DNA from: Verrucomicrobiota bacterium
GTDB taxonomy: Bacteria; Verrucomicrobiota; Verrucomicrobiia; Opitutales; LL51
Direction of reading: 5' to 3'
NCBI GenBank assembly: GCA_021294815.2
Contig: CP095464.1
Span: 360,001-392,000, forward strand
Length of the DNA: 32,000 nt
The notes below the pieces were generated by a model. The model did no database searches, was not told where the DNA came from, and was given only the letters and a program-made list of their open reading frames with translations. Shown here piece after piece: positions 16,507 to 24,597 of the stretch. The position numbers were made by a program, and so were the translations under genes. The stretch's first letter is position 1. Each line of letters starts with the position of its first letter.

Positions 16507-17847
16507 ATGGAAGTCACAAAGATCGGAGGAGAAGGGCGTACGGTCACGATGGGACCTCCGGTATACGGAAAATATCGGGGCCAGGCCGTCAGTAATGTCC
16601 TAGTTAATACTGAATCGATTACGCAGTTGGCATCACAGATCGCGGGTTATGAAGCGGTACGTCAACGGCAACGCCCAGATCTTCTTGCACGCAAAGTCGA
16701 ATCAAAAAAGATTTTCCGAGCCAAGGAAAAAGTGCTTGCGGAATACACCGAACGCCTCGGGCAACGCTCCCAGTCAAAGCGTTATAAAGAGACCTATGCG
16801 GAATTCAATCGCTGGCAGTACAAAGAAGAATTTGAGGAAAATCCCGAAAAACTCCGCGACGAAATTTTATATAAAGTCGCCGGCAACTTTGGCGAGGTCA
16901 CCGAACAGGATAACCTTTTGGAGTACGCTATAGCGACGAACGAAATCGACCGAGAACATCTAGAAGGCGCCGTGGTGCAAACCAAAAATATGATCGCGTA
17001 TTATAACGCTCCGGAAAAGTATCGTCTCGATCTCGGATTTGCCAATACCGAGCGTCTTCGGTGGGAGAAGAAGCTCCAAACACTCGAAACGAATCTCAAA
17101 TCGAATACACTATTAAAGGAGCAACTCCAACAGGCACAAGTCGAGCTACGGAAAATTCATCGGCAGGAAATTCGCGATGGGTACAATCTCATTCCCAAGG
17201 CTGCCGCGATCGCGATGCAGTTTGGAGACGATTCCGGAGATACCGCTATTAGCTTGGCAATCGCCTACCGCGATGAGATCTTGACGATTAAAAACCCGCT
17301 CGATGTCTTTGAGATCTTCATCAAACGTCAGGAGCAGAAACGCGAACGATTTCGTCCATATATTGACTCGATGATCGCCCTCTTTGGCTATGATATGTCC
17401 TCGGCCAACCCCTCACGTTCTCGCGAAGAACTCTCCGGTGTCCGCGATAGTCTCTACCGTGTCGAAATCTGCGGTCAAGTATACGACAGTGTGGGTGATG
17501 TGTATGCCGGGATCCAACACCTTTTTCCCGAAGTTCAAGAACCGCTCGCCCATAAAACCCAGGTCGACGCAACCCGATCGCTCGTCCAGATGACTCAGGG
17601 CGCCTTTCCCAGTATCCAGCAAATGACAAATTTCCTCATATTACTCTGCGCTCGATGTAAGACCGACCTCGATATCGCGATCTATACGCTTAACCAGACG
17701 ATCGAACTCGTCCGCGACCTACCCGAAAAATTTTTTAAGGATGATCAGTCACAGGGACAGTTTTTGAAAACCGCACAAAAGAAGCTCGACGAATATATTC
17801 TTCAAGAAGAAGAGATGGCGGGCGCTGCATACTTGGAGGGCAAATAA
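16507..17847 (+). CDS. sctW: T3SS gatekeeper-like protein (SctW / YopN-TyeA / CopN / MxiC family), tentative
   Basis: 446 aa helical protein from the ATG at 16507, with no TM segment. It is transcribed divergently from sctD, and its stop overlaps the start of a class I chaperone-like gene (ATAATGG). Size and context fit the copN-scc1 arrangement. The family was assigned by context and helical character, not by a motif I can verify. Confidence 0.5.
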   Translation: MEVTKIGGEGRTVTMGPPVYGKYRGQAVSNVLVNTESITQLASQIAGYEAVRQRQRPDLLARKVESKKIFRAKEKVLAEYTERLGQRSQSKRYKETYAEFNRWQYKEEFEENPEKLRDEILYKVAGNFGEVTEQDNLLEYAIATNEIDREHLEGAVVQTKNMIAYYNAPEKYRLDLGFANTERLRWEKKLQTLETNLKSNTLLKEQLQQAQVELRKIHRQEIRDGYNLIPKAAAIAMQFGDDSGDTAISLAIAYRDEILTIKNPLDVFEIFIKRQEQKRERFRPYIDSMIALFGYDMSSANPSRSREELSGVRDSLYRVEICGQVYDSVGDVYAGIQHLFPEVQEPLAHKTQVDATRSLVQMTQGAFPSIQQMTNFLILLCARCKTDLDIAIYTLNQTIELVRDLPEKFFKDDQSQGQFLKTAQKKLDEYILQEEEMAGAAYLEGK

Positions 17848-18233
17848 TGGAACGTCACGTTCAAGAAGCACTGAACCAGATGAGTACAAAAATGAACCTA
17901 CCGCCTTTCCAAATCAATGGCGCTGGTGTTATTTACTTGGTTCTCGAAAATGCGGGCGAGCTCTTTATTGACGTCCAACCCGATGCGGTCTATACGTATA
18001 TTTTTAATACATTTGACTTTCTTGATTACGAGCTCACAACGGAGGCGATGTCGTTTTGCGGTCTCGCTACCGCTTACACCATTCCGACCAATCCGGTTTT
18101 GCGTGGCGATCATGATCTCGGCTTCGCGATTAAAATTACGACCGAGGATCTGACGCTCGTCAACCTCGAGGGCGCCATTAACCAACTCATCGATATGGCA
18201 GTCCATCTCCGGAAACTTTCGATTCGTTTATAA
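17847..18233 (+). CDS. Class I T3SS chaperone-like protein (CesT/SycE/Scc1-like)
   Basis: 128 aa acidic protein. The pattern LNQMSTKMNLPPFQINGAGVIYLVLENAGELFIDVQPDAVYTYIFN...EGAINQLIDMAVHLR matches the alpha-beta-beta-beta-alpha layout of class I chaperones. Its start overlaps the stop of the upstream gatekeeper-like gene. Confidence 0.55.
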   Translation: MERHVQEALNQMSTKMNLPPFQINGAGVIYLVLENAGELFIDVQPDAVYTYIFNTFDFLDYELTTEAMSFCGLATAYTIPTNPVLRGDHDLGFAIKITTEDLTLVNLEGAINQLIDMAVHLRKLSIRL

Positions 18234-18277
18234 TCGCATTTTTAAGAAAAACGGTTATTGTGGACCGCGGATGGGTT

Positions 18278-18682
18278 ATGAGTACGACAGAAAATGAGGT
18301 CGCAGAGTTTGACTTTGATTACGGGCTTTCGAGCGTCAGCAAGAGTATAGGGCCGCAACAGCGCATGAAGTTACCGGTCGCGAGCCGGGTCGATCCCAGC
18401 GAAGGTAAAGTCGAAGAAAAATTAAAGAAGGTCTTTCGGATTGGGACGGTTGATAACCTCGTTATGCAACTTCTGCGTCCCGAAATCCAGGACCGAAGCC
18501 TTCTTTCGCCGATCTGCTTCCGGGAGAAAATTCGCGAAATCCGTACGCTTCTCCAAAAAGAGCGCCCCAGCGACCTCGCTCCCGGCGATGACCTCTACGA
18601 ACACGTCGATACGCTGCTCCAAGAAGAAGAAAATAAATCCGAACTTCTCGACCAATACCGCCACACGCTTTTATTGGGCTAA
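18278..18682 (+). CDS. Hypothetical acidic protein, possibly the third gene of the sctW operon
   Basis: 134 aa from the ATG at 18278 (MSTTENEVAEFDFDYG...). It is on the same strand, 44 nt after the chaperone-like gene. No family was recognised. Confidence 0.45.
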   Translation: MSTTENEVAEFDFDYGLSSVSKSIGPQQRMKLPVASRVDPSEGKVEEKLKKVFRIGTVDNLVMQLLRPEIQDRSLLSPICFREKIREIRTLLQKERPSDLAPGDDLYEHVDTLLQEEENKSELLDQYRHTLLLG

Positions 18683-19548
18683 TCCTGTCCCATAAAAGCT
18701 TTATTATCCCGAAGGTATGCCTGAACGTCATGGGCATTAATCACATTCCTCGGAAAATATTTTTTCACCTCCTGGATGTAATCCTTAGTCGCCTCGGGGA
18801 CATCATTCATAAAAAATTCGCCCTCCATATCGTAAACAAAAACGTCACAGGGATTACAATTCCAGATCGGCACAAATGAAATTGTCGTCAGGCGATCTCC
18901 CTCCCACGGACGTGGTAGGAGCGTTGTCATCCCCTCGGATTGAAAAACTTTTGCCTTCGCCCGTGCAAGCGCTTCATAGGGGATCTCCCGTGGTGAATCG
19001 TAGTGCAAAAACTGGTCCATGATGTAGAGTAGGTGCCCCTTGATTCCACGGTAATTTTTCCCAGATGAACGGCGATGATAAACCCATCCCGGGATGCTCC
19101 CCGCCTTTAAAGCCGCCTTGTGATAATCAAACTTATTGCAGTGTTCAAAATAGACAGAAATTCCCTGATCACCCATCGCTTCAAAACGCTCGCGGATGAT
19201 CTTAATCATTTCCTCCTGGCCATAAAAGATGATCCCTGAGCCCCCAAAACTCGGTAAAAATGACAACCTCAGAGAAAAGTACAATATGGGTTTCTGGGTT
19301 ACCTGTGACTCCGAAAATACGACGTTTAGTGATAATACTCCTGCTTGTTCAAGCCCCTGATCTTCGTGAACAAAATCAATCGCGATATGTTGGAGCTCCT
19401 GGCTCGATGCCTCTTCGTTATACATCCACAATAAACGCGATTTAAATAACCCGAACTTCGGAACAAATACCGACATCCCCCCAAGATCTTGAAAAACCGC
19501 CTGGATCACATCCTGGTATCGCCGCTCAACCATCGCATCCACATCCAT
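18679..19548 (-). CDS. Hypothetical protein (289 aa)
   Basis: Clean long ORF with ordinary composition. No motif was recognised. Confidence 0.55.
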   Translation of the reverse strand: MDVDAMVERRYQDVIQAVFQDLGGMSVFVPKFGLFKSRLLWMYNEEASSQELQHIAIDFVHEDQGLEQAGVLSLNVVFSESQVTQKPILYFSLRLSFLPSFGGSGIIFYGQEEMIKIIRERFEAMGDQGISVYFEHCNKFDYHKAALKAGSIPGWVYHRRSSGKNYRGIKGHLLYIMDQFLHYDSPREIPYEALARAKAKVFQSEGMTTLLPRPWEGDRLTTISFVPIWNCNPCDVFVYDMEGEFFMNDVPEATKDYIQEVKKYFPRNVINAHDVQAYLRDNKAFMGQD

Positions 19549-19611
19549 GGCCCGCGATTCTTAAAAAACTCCCCTTAAAATCAAGCCGTATCGCGTAAGC
19601 GCGCACAGGGA

Positions 19612-20316
19612 CTACACCGCATCTGGAACTAGAATCTGGATCATTTCTGGCAAAACGGGCCCCTTACCTTCGACAATCTTCGGCATCCTTTGAAACGTAA
19701 TTTTGGGGTCGTCCTTCACAAGGGCATCTTTGTAGCCGTAGTTCAGGGCCTCACATCGCGAGAGTAATGTCACGTACTTCAAGTGATCCTCCCAGTGGTC
19801 GCCAGAACCGTCATTGCCATTGAGTGCCCTCGGTTTATCTTTTGGCCCAAGGCTGCGGTAGTACAAGCGCAACACCCCGTCGAGATCTTTTTCGTTTTGC
19901 TTTTCAAACTTCAAAAAATACTCGGTTAATCCGCCATAACAGAGGTCGACAAATGGTAGAGGTGCGTCCGATTGCCAGTAAAATGCAACTTCTTCCGGAT
20001 CAAGGTCCGCGTTATCCACTTGCTTGCCGCCCTGTGGAAAAATTTTCCCCAATTCCTTAAACGTCATTTGTTCGCAATTATTGCCCCCGGGGATACTGCG
20101 CATCACAACGGCAATTTCATTCAAAATAGTTCGTGTTGTGATTACTTCCTCATCAAACAAGCGCTGCCGCTCCGAGGAATTCACCGACTGCTGGAGGTTG
20201 AGAAAGGTCGTCAACGTCATCAACATCGCCCCTAAAATCATACCGCTCAATCCCACCGCGAGAATGATTTCAACCAACGTAAATCCCCTTCTCCGACCAA
20301 TCCAACGCCACTTCAT
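19612..20316 (-). CDS. Prepilin-type N-terminal cleavage/methylation domain protein (minor pseudopilin-like)
   Basis: The N-terminus MKWRWIGRRRGFTLVEIILAVGLSGMILGAMLM contains the G/FTLVE prepilin peptidase motif followed by a hydrophobic helix. Confidence 0.7.
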   Translation of the reverse strand: MKWRWIGRRRGFTLVEIILAVGLSGMILGAMLMTLTTFLNLQQSVNSSERQRLFDEEVITTRTILNEIAVVMRSIPGGNNCEQMTFKELGKIFPQGGKQVDNADLDPEEVAFYWQSDAPLPFVDLCYGGLTEYFLKFEKQNEKDLDGVLRLYYRSLGPKDKPRALNGNDGSGDHWEDHLKYVTLLSRCEALNYGYKDALVKDDPKITFQRMPKIVEGKGPVLPEMIQILVPDAV

Positions 20317-20391
20317 CGTTAAGAACCATTATAGAGAAGCGAAACATTTGCGCAAGAAGACAATCCCAAGACAAAGCCGCAAAAAGCTTTA

Positions 20392-20419
20392 TTGAAATTT
20401 TTCAAATATTTTACATAAT
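20392..20419 (+). promoter_or_regulatory. Sigma70-like promoter boxes for the Inc-like gene (TTGAAA, 16 nt, CATAAT)
   Basis: -35 at 20392-20397 and -10 at 20414-20419. 7 nt (taaaaac, no SD) precede the ATG at 20427. Confidence 0.35.
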
Positions 20420-20426
20420 TAAAAAC

Positions 20427-21197
20427 ATGACTGTTCCTAGTGTTACTACACCCGGTTCAACGCCGACTTCCGCGCCTGCTCCCTCGACAGACAAAGCAAA
20501 AAAAACAGGAGAGGAGACAAAAATTAGTGACGCGAAAAAAATGGGAGGGCAAATTGAAAAACAACTTAAAGAAAAGGCCGTTCCAGAGTTCAACAAGCAG
20601 GTAACAGCACTAGCACAACAATCCCTTGATTCCGTCAAAAAGGAAGTTGTGGCCATCGTCAAAACTATTTCCACGATTGTAAAAGACATTACAACTTATT
20701 TAGGGTACAAGCATCCAGGTCTTTCAGCTTTTCTGGAAAAACATCCCATTTTGACGGGTCTTTTTAAGGTCACTATAGCAGTTGCCGCAATTGCGATTCC
20801 GATCGTGGCCAGCGTAGCCGCATCAGTCGCCATCAATGTGTACCCTCTGGTAGCAGCTGTATCTTTTACGATCGCCATGTTTGCGTTGCCACATATCAGA
20901 GGTGCCCTGGAAAAACTTGATACTAAGATTAAAAGTAAAATTGAAACGCTAAAGACAGAACAAGCCGAACAGGAAAGAGCTGCTCAAGAAGCCGCACAAA
21001 AGGCATCTGCAACGGAAGAAGTAGAAGCCAAGGACGCCTCCGAGGCAACATCTCCAGAAGCTAAGGATGCGGCAAATCCAAAACCGGAAGCCGGAGAAGC
21101 AGCGAAACCTCAAAATCCAGAAAGTCTCGAAAAGAAAGAAACAATGCCAGCGGCCTCAGCAGAGAAAACCAAAATGGATGCAGCGGCAGCATCGTAG
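20427..21197 (+). CDS. Inc-like membrane protein with a bilobed hydrophobic domain and a C-terminal coiled-coil/low-complexity tail
   Basis: 256 aa. The N-terminus is hydrophilic and Thr/Pro/Ser-rich. Residues about 108-156 (ILTGLFKVTIAVAAIAIPIVASVAASVAI-NVYP-LVAAVSFTIAMFALPHI) form two hydrophobic lobes joined by a short turn. This is followed by KIKSKIETLKTEQAEQERAAQEAAQKA and an Ala/Glu/Lys/Pro-rich tail. Confidence 0.55.
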   Translation: MTVPSVTTPGSTPTSAPAPSTDKAKKTGEETKISDAKKMGGQIEKQLKEKAVPEFNKQVTALAQQSLDSVKKEVVAIVKTISTIVKDITTYLGYKHPGLSAFLEKHPILTGLFKVTIAVAAIAIPIVASVAASVAINVYPLVAAVSFTIAMFALPHIRGALEKLDTKIKSKIETLKTEQAEQERAAQEAAQKASATEEVEAKDASEATSPEAKDAANPKPEAGEAAKPQNPESLEKKETMPAASAEKTKMDAAAAS

Positions 21198-21263
21198 AAA
21201 ACAAAAATGGGTACCCCGAGCTAGCTAGAAAAATAATTCACAATCCAACATAAAGAAACGGCA

Positions 21264-21473
21264 ATGAAAAAAGAAGAGAAAGAAATTGGGCGGAATTTGC
21301 TGACGAATGACGTCGTAAATGCGATGGATGATTTAGATCATTTGGCGAAAATGTTCAGAGAAGATCCGTCGCTCGACGAAGAGACGCGGCAAAAGATCTT
21401 AGCGCGGATTCAACAGGCGGAACAGGAATTTGCAGCAATCGTCGACCGGCTCGATAAAGAAGCGCAGTGGTAG
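21264..21473 (+). CDS. Small helical hypothetical protein (69 aa)
   Basis: ORF 66 nt downstream of the Inc-like gene, charged and helical (EETRQKILARIQQAEQEFAAIVDRLDKEAQW). Coding status is uncertain. Confidence 0.35.
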   Translation: MKKEEKEIGRNLLTNDVVNAMDDLDHLAKMFREDPSLDEETRQKILARIQQAEQEFAAIVDRLDKEAQW

Positions 21474-21488
21474 TCTAGGGAAATACTT

Positions 21489-22673
21489 CTACTTACAGGC
21501 TTGAGATTCCAAGTTGACGTGAAAATTAGGACAATGGGAGTGTCGATCGATGCCAAAAGTCTTCCCATTGACGATCTGTGCGGCTTCGACCAGGGTCTTT
21601 GTCGAACTTTCTGGTTCTGAGGGTGATTCCGGATGCTCAAGAGACTTGATACGCTCATTGGCAAGCCGGATGCGCTCTTCACAAGATTGCGCTGCATTAT
21701 GACTGGTCATGGAAACCGCCATTTTGATTGCGCTCCGGATGGACCGGTGGTTACTCGAACCATGCGACTTGAGCACTGCTCCTTTCAAGCCCAATAAACT
21801 CGCGGCGCCATAGGTCTCAGGATTCAAACGTCCGCGCAACGATGCTAAAACGCCCCGCGCGAGCACCGCACTAAGCATACGGACGATATTTTTCTTAAAT
21901 TCCTCTCGGAAGTAACTCTTGATCTGGACGACAAACGACTCCATCGTTTTAAGGAGTACGTTGCCAACAAAGCCATCGCAAATCACGACGTCGACTTCCC
22001 CTGTCAGGATCTGAAAGCCCTCAATCAATCCGTGATAGCTAATGAGATCGTCAAGCTTCTTGAGTAATTCGTGCGCCGCTAAAGTGACCTCGTTTCCCTT
22101 CCCCTCTTCGGTGCCAATCGTCAAAAGGCCGATTTTCGGATTTGGAATTTGGAGCACTTTTGTACAATAATCTCCGGCAAGAATTGCATTGTGAACTAGT
22201 TGTAGGGGTGTTGTATTGGGGTTAGCGCCTACATCTGCCATTACGATGTAGCGGTTCATCGTCGGGATAATCGTCGCTAATGCGGGACGTTCGACACCTG
22301 GCATCGTGTGAAGCTTCAACGTACTTCCCGCGATAAGACTTCCGGTATTGCCACAGCTCAGCATCGCCTGGACACGGCCCTCGTGCAGTAGCTCTATCGC
22401 ACGAACCATTGAGGCATCTTTTTTTGTCCGTAAGCTGTGAACGGGTTTCTCATCCATTCCAATGACTTCCGAAGCATGGCAGATCTCGAGCCGCTCCGAG
22501 GGAAACGATCTATAAGATGCAAGCGTCTTTTCAATGACATCACGGTCACCGACAAGAACAGCACGGAAATCCTCACGATCCCCCAACGCCTCAACGACTC
22601 CTTGGAGTACTTCTGCCGGTCCGCAATCCGACCCCATCACGTCGACCGCGAGCGTATGAATATCGGCATCCAT
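21489..22673 (-). CDS. plsX: Phosphate acyltransferase PlsX, with a roughly 45 aa C-terminal extension
   Basis: 394 aa. Motifs LAVDVMGSD.GP, CGNTG, DGF.GNV.LK and LKSHGSS. It lies downstream of rpmF, the conserved rpmF-plsX arrangement. Confidence 0.9.
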   Translation of the reverse strand: MDADIHTLAVDVMGSDCGPAEVLQGVVEALGDREDFRAVLVGDRDVIEKTLASYRSFPSERLEICHASEVIGMDEKPVHSLRTKKDASMVRAIELLHEGRVQAMLSCGNTGSLIAGSTLKLHTMPGVERPALATIIPTMNRYIVMADVGANPNTTPLQLVHNAILAGDYCTKVLQIPNPKIGLLTIGTEEGKGNEVTLAAHELLKKLDDLISYHGLIEGFQILTGEVDVVICDGFVGNVLLKTMESFVVQIKSYFREEFKKNIVRMLSAVLARGVLASLRGRLNPETYGAASLLGLKGAVLKSHGSSNHRSIRSAIKMAVSMTSHNAAQSCEERIRLANERIKSLEHPESPSEPESSTKTLVEAAQIVNGKTFGIDRHSHCPNFHVNLESQACK

Positions 22674-22680
22674 CCAGTAA

Positions 22681-22860
22681 CTACGACTCGTCGACGGCGA
22701 TCACCTGACGCCCACGATAAAGCCCCGTAGCGGGATCAACGTGGTGGCGCATGAAAAGGGATCCATCGGGGGTCTTAGCAAGCTCGGGCGCTACGAAACG
22801 GTTCGCGCCACGGCGCTTCCGGCTCCGCTGTTTTGATTGTTTTCTTTTTGGCTGTGCCAT
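22681..22860 (-). CDS. rpmF: 50S ribosomal protein L32
   Basis: Hand translation gives MAQPKRKQSKQRSRKRRGANRFVAPELAKTPDGSLFMRHHVDPATGLYRGRQVIAVDES (59 aa). This is below the ORF-track length cut-off. The N-terminus is the canonical L32 form, and the gene sits directly upstream of plsX. Confidence 0.85.
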   Translation of the reverse strand: MAQPKRKQSKQRSRKRRGANRFVAPELAKTPDGSLFMRHHVDPATGLYRGRQVIAVDES

Positions 22861-22942
22861 GGCTTTCTTTCACTAAATCACCCCGCATTAAAGCGCTCAC
22901 CCCTAGGCCGTCAAGCTCAATCCCTGACGGAAGGCCTCATGG

Positions 22943-23731
22943 CTACTCTTCGTCGTTGGATTCCGAAGCCGGTGGCGTCGTCAGAAAATAGACATCTTCC
23001 GGTGTTGCATCGTCGTGGGCATTCGCGACCGCAACCGTCCAATGAGCGTTATCGAGATTGTGAAGCCAAACTGTCTGTGGGTTTTCGGCGTATTTTGTTA
23101 GGTCTTCGATGTGGTCATAGTGCTCGGTTTCCCCATCATCAAGAAAAAGATCATAGCCATGGCCCTGGTTATCGGAAACAATCACCGTCTGTCCCATCGC
23201 CTGAGCGAGATACGGTAACATAGCTGTATCGAGAGGAGTTTCTTCGACAAACATACGCCGGACTTCACTTTCAGAAGGCCCTGGTTCCATCGCGAGTGCC
23301 CGCTTCGCCGCTTTACGTTTGAGTTTCGCGATCCATTCCGAACGAATAAGTTTATCTTCGGGGTGCAGCCCTCGTAACAGCGCCCAAAAGCCGCCATTAG
23401 CCTCCGCGGGGACGTCATAGAGCGAGCGATCGTAAGACCGGAGCACTTTGGGGGTACGAAGCGGTTTCGAAAGGACGACGATTGGCCCCGAGGGAACAGG
23501 AGCAGGAGCTACAGGTTGTTTTTCTACCGGTATTACCGGCGGTGCGCTAGGTTCTGCTGCGGGCTCCTCTGATGCCTTAAGTTCAAGTTTTTCAACTTGT
23601 TGCGCCCGGTAACGCTTTAAATCAGAATCCTGGTGCAATTCAATAATTTGTAGCGACAAGACACACATCGCAAATACCATTAACGAAATCGCAATGAGCC
23701 AAAACCAAACCGTTTCTCTCCGTTTCATCAT
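22943..23731 (-). CDS. Membrane-anchored protein with a Pro-rich linker and a C-terminal OTU-like domain lacking the catalytic Cys (tentative)
   Basis: 262 aa. N-terminal TM segment (TVWFWLIAISLMVFAMCVLSL), a PAAEPSAPPVIPVEKQPVAPAPVPSGP linker, and a C-terminal domain with VPAEANGGFWALLRGL and VWLHNLDNAHWTVAV. These resemble the OTU Cys-box (DGNCLFRAL) and His-box (HY..l). Confidence 0.6.
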   Translation of the reverse strand: MMKRRETVWFWLIAISLMVFAMCVLSLQIIELHQDSDLKRYRAQQVEKLELKASEEPAAEPSAPPVIPVEKQPVAPAPVPSGPIVVLSKPLRTPKVLRSYDRSLYDVPAEANGGFWALLRGLHPEDKLIRSEWIAKLKRKAAKRALAMEPGPSESEVRRMFVEETPLDTAMLPYLAQAMGQTVIVSDNQGHGYDLFLDDGETEHYDHIEDLTKYAENPQTVWLHNLDNAHWTVAVANAHDDATPEDVYFLTTPPASESNDEE

Positions 23732-23960
23732 CCCTCCAGAGCAGAAAAGTAATTTTTTTTACGTCAATAGCAAGCCCGAACCCCGGGAATTAACGCAACT
23801 GTAAAGATCAAAAATTACGTCCATATTCCACCGTTAGACAAAACCGCCAGCAGTTTGTATGCAACACCAGGTAACAATCCCAAACGGAAGGGGTGTCAGA
23901 TTTGTGTTGATTTTTGTGCGAGGATACCCAGTCTCGCCGGCGTACATTAGCAGGATCAGT

Positions 23961-24557
23961 ATGAAACAGTTGCAACTTTCGTTTACGGAACGCTTAGGCA
24001 AAGGTCGTCACCCCGCATCTCGGTTACGCAAGATCGGGCGGATTCCGGCGGTTATCTACGGTCCTTCCGGCTCTTTCCCCGTCAGTATCGATGGGCGAGA
24101 TTTTCGGATGCTCATGCGCCAGAAGGGCGATGCAGCGGCTACAATCCAGCTGGCGAGTGATGCGAAAAAGGTACTTTCGATTATCAACGAGATCCAACAC
24201 AACGCGATTACGGATCAGTTTATGCACGTTGATTTTCAGGAAATTTCTGAGAAAGAACCTTTTCAAATTATGGTTCCAATCCATGTCAAAGGTGAGGCGT
24301 ACGGCGTGAAAAACGAAAAGGCAATGCTCGAAGTCGTGCGGCGCGAGGTCATGATTCGGTGTTTACCGAAAGATCTTATCGAAGCCATCGAGGTCGACGT
24401 TACCGATCTTCACTCAGGACAGAATATCCATATCAAAAATCTTCCGCGTTTTGAAGGTGTTGAATACCCCGGCGATCCGAACGGTGTCGTCATCGCATGT
24501 ATCGGCGAAGAGCAGGAAGAATCTGCTGAAACGGCTACCGAAGAAGCGGCAGCTTAG
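23961..24557 (+). CDS. rplY: 50S ribosomal protein L25 / general stress protein Ctc
   Basis: 198 aa from the ATG at 23961 (MKQLQLSFTERLGKGRHPASRLRKIGRIPAVIYG), followed by a Ctc-type C-terminal domain and an acidic tail. The ORF-track start at 23859 adds a non-conserved 34 aa. Confidence 0.85.
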   Translation: MKQLQLSFTERLGKGRHPASRLRKIGRIPAVIYGPSGSFPVSIDGRDFRMLMRQKGDAAATIQLASDAKKVLSIINEIQHNAITDQFMHVDFQEISEKEPFQIMVPIHVKGEAYGVKNEKAMLEVVRREVMIRCLPKDLIEAIEVDVTDLHSGQNIHIKNLPRFEGVEYPGDPNGVVIACIGEEQEESAETATEEAAA

Positions 24558-24597
24558 TTCCGATTCCCTTGTTTGGGCGGCTTAAGTCTACTCCATA

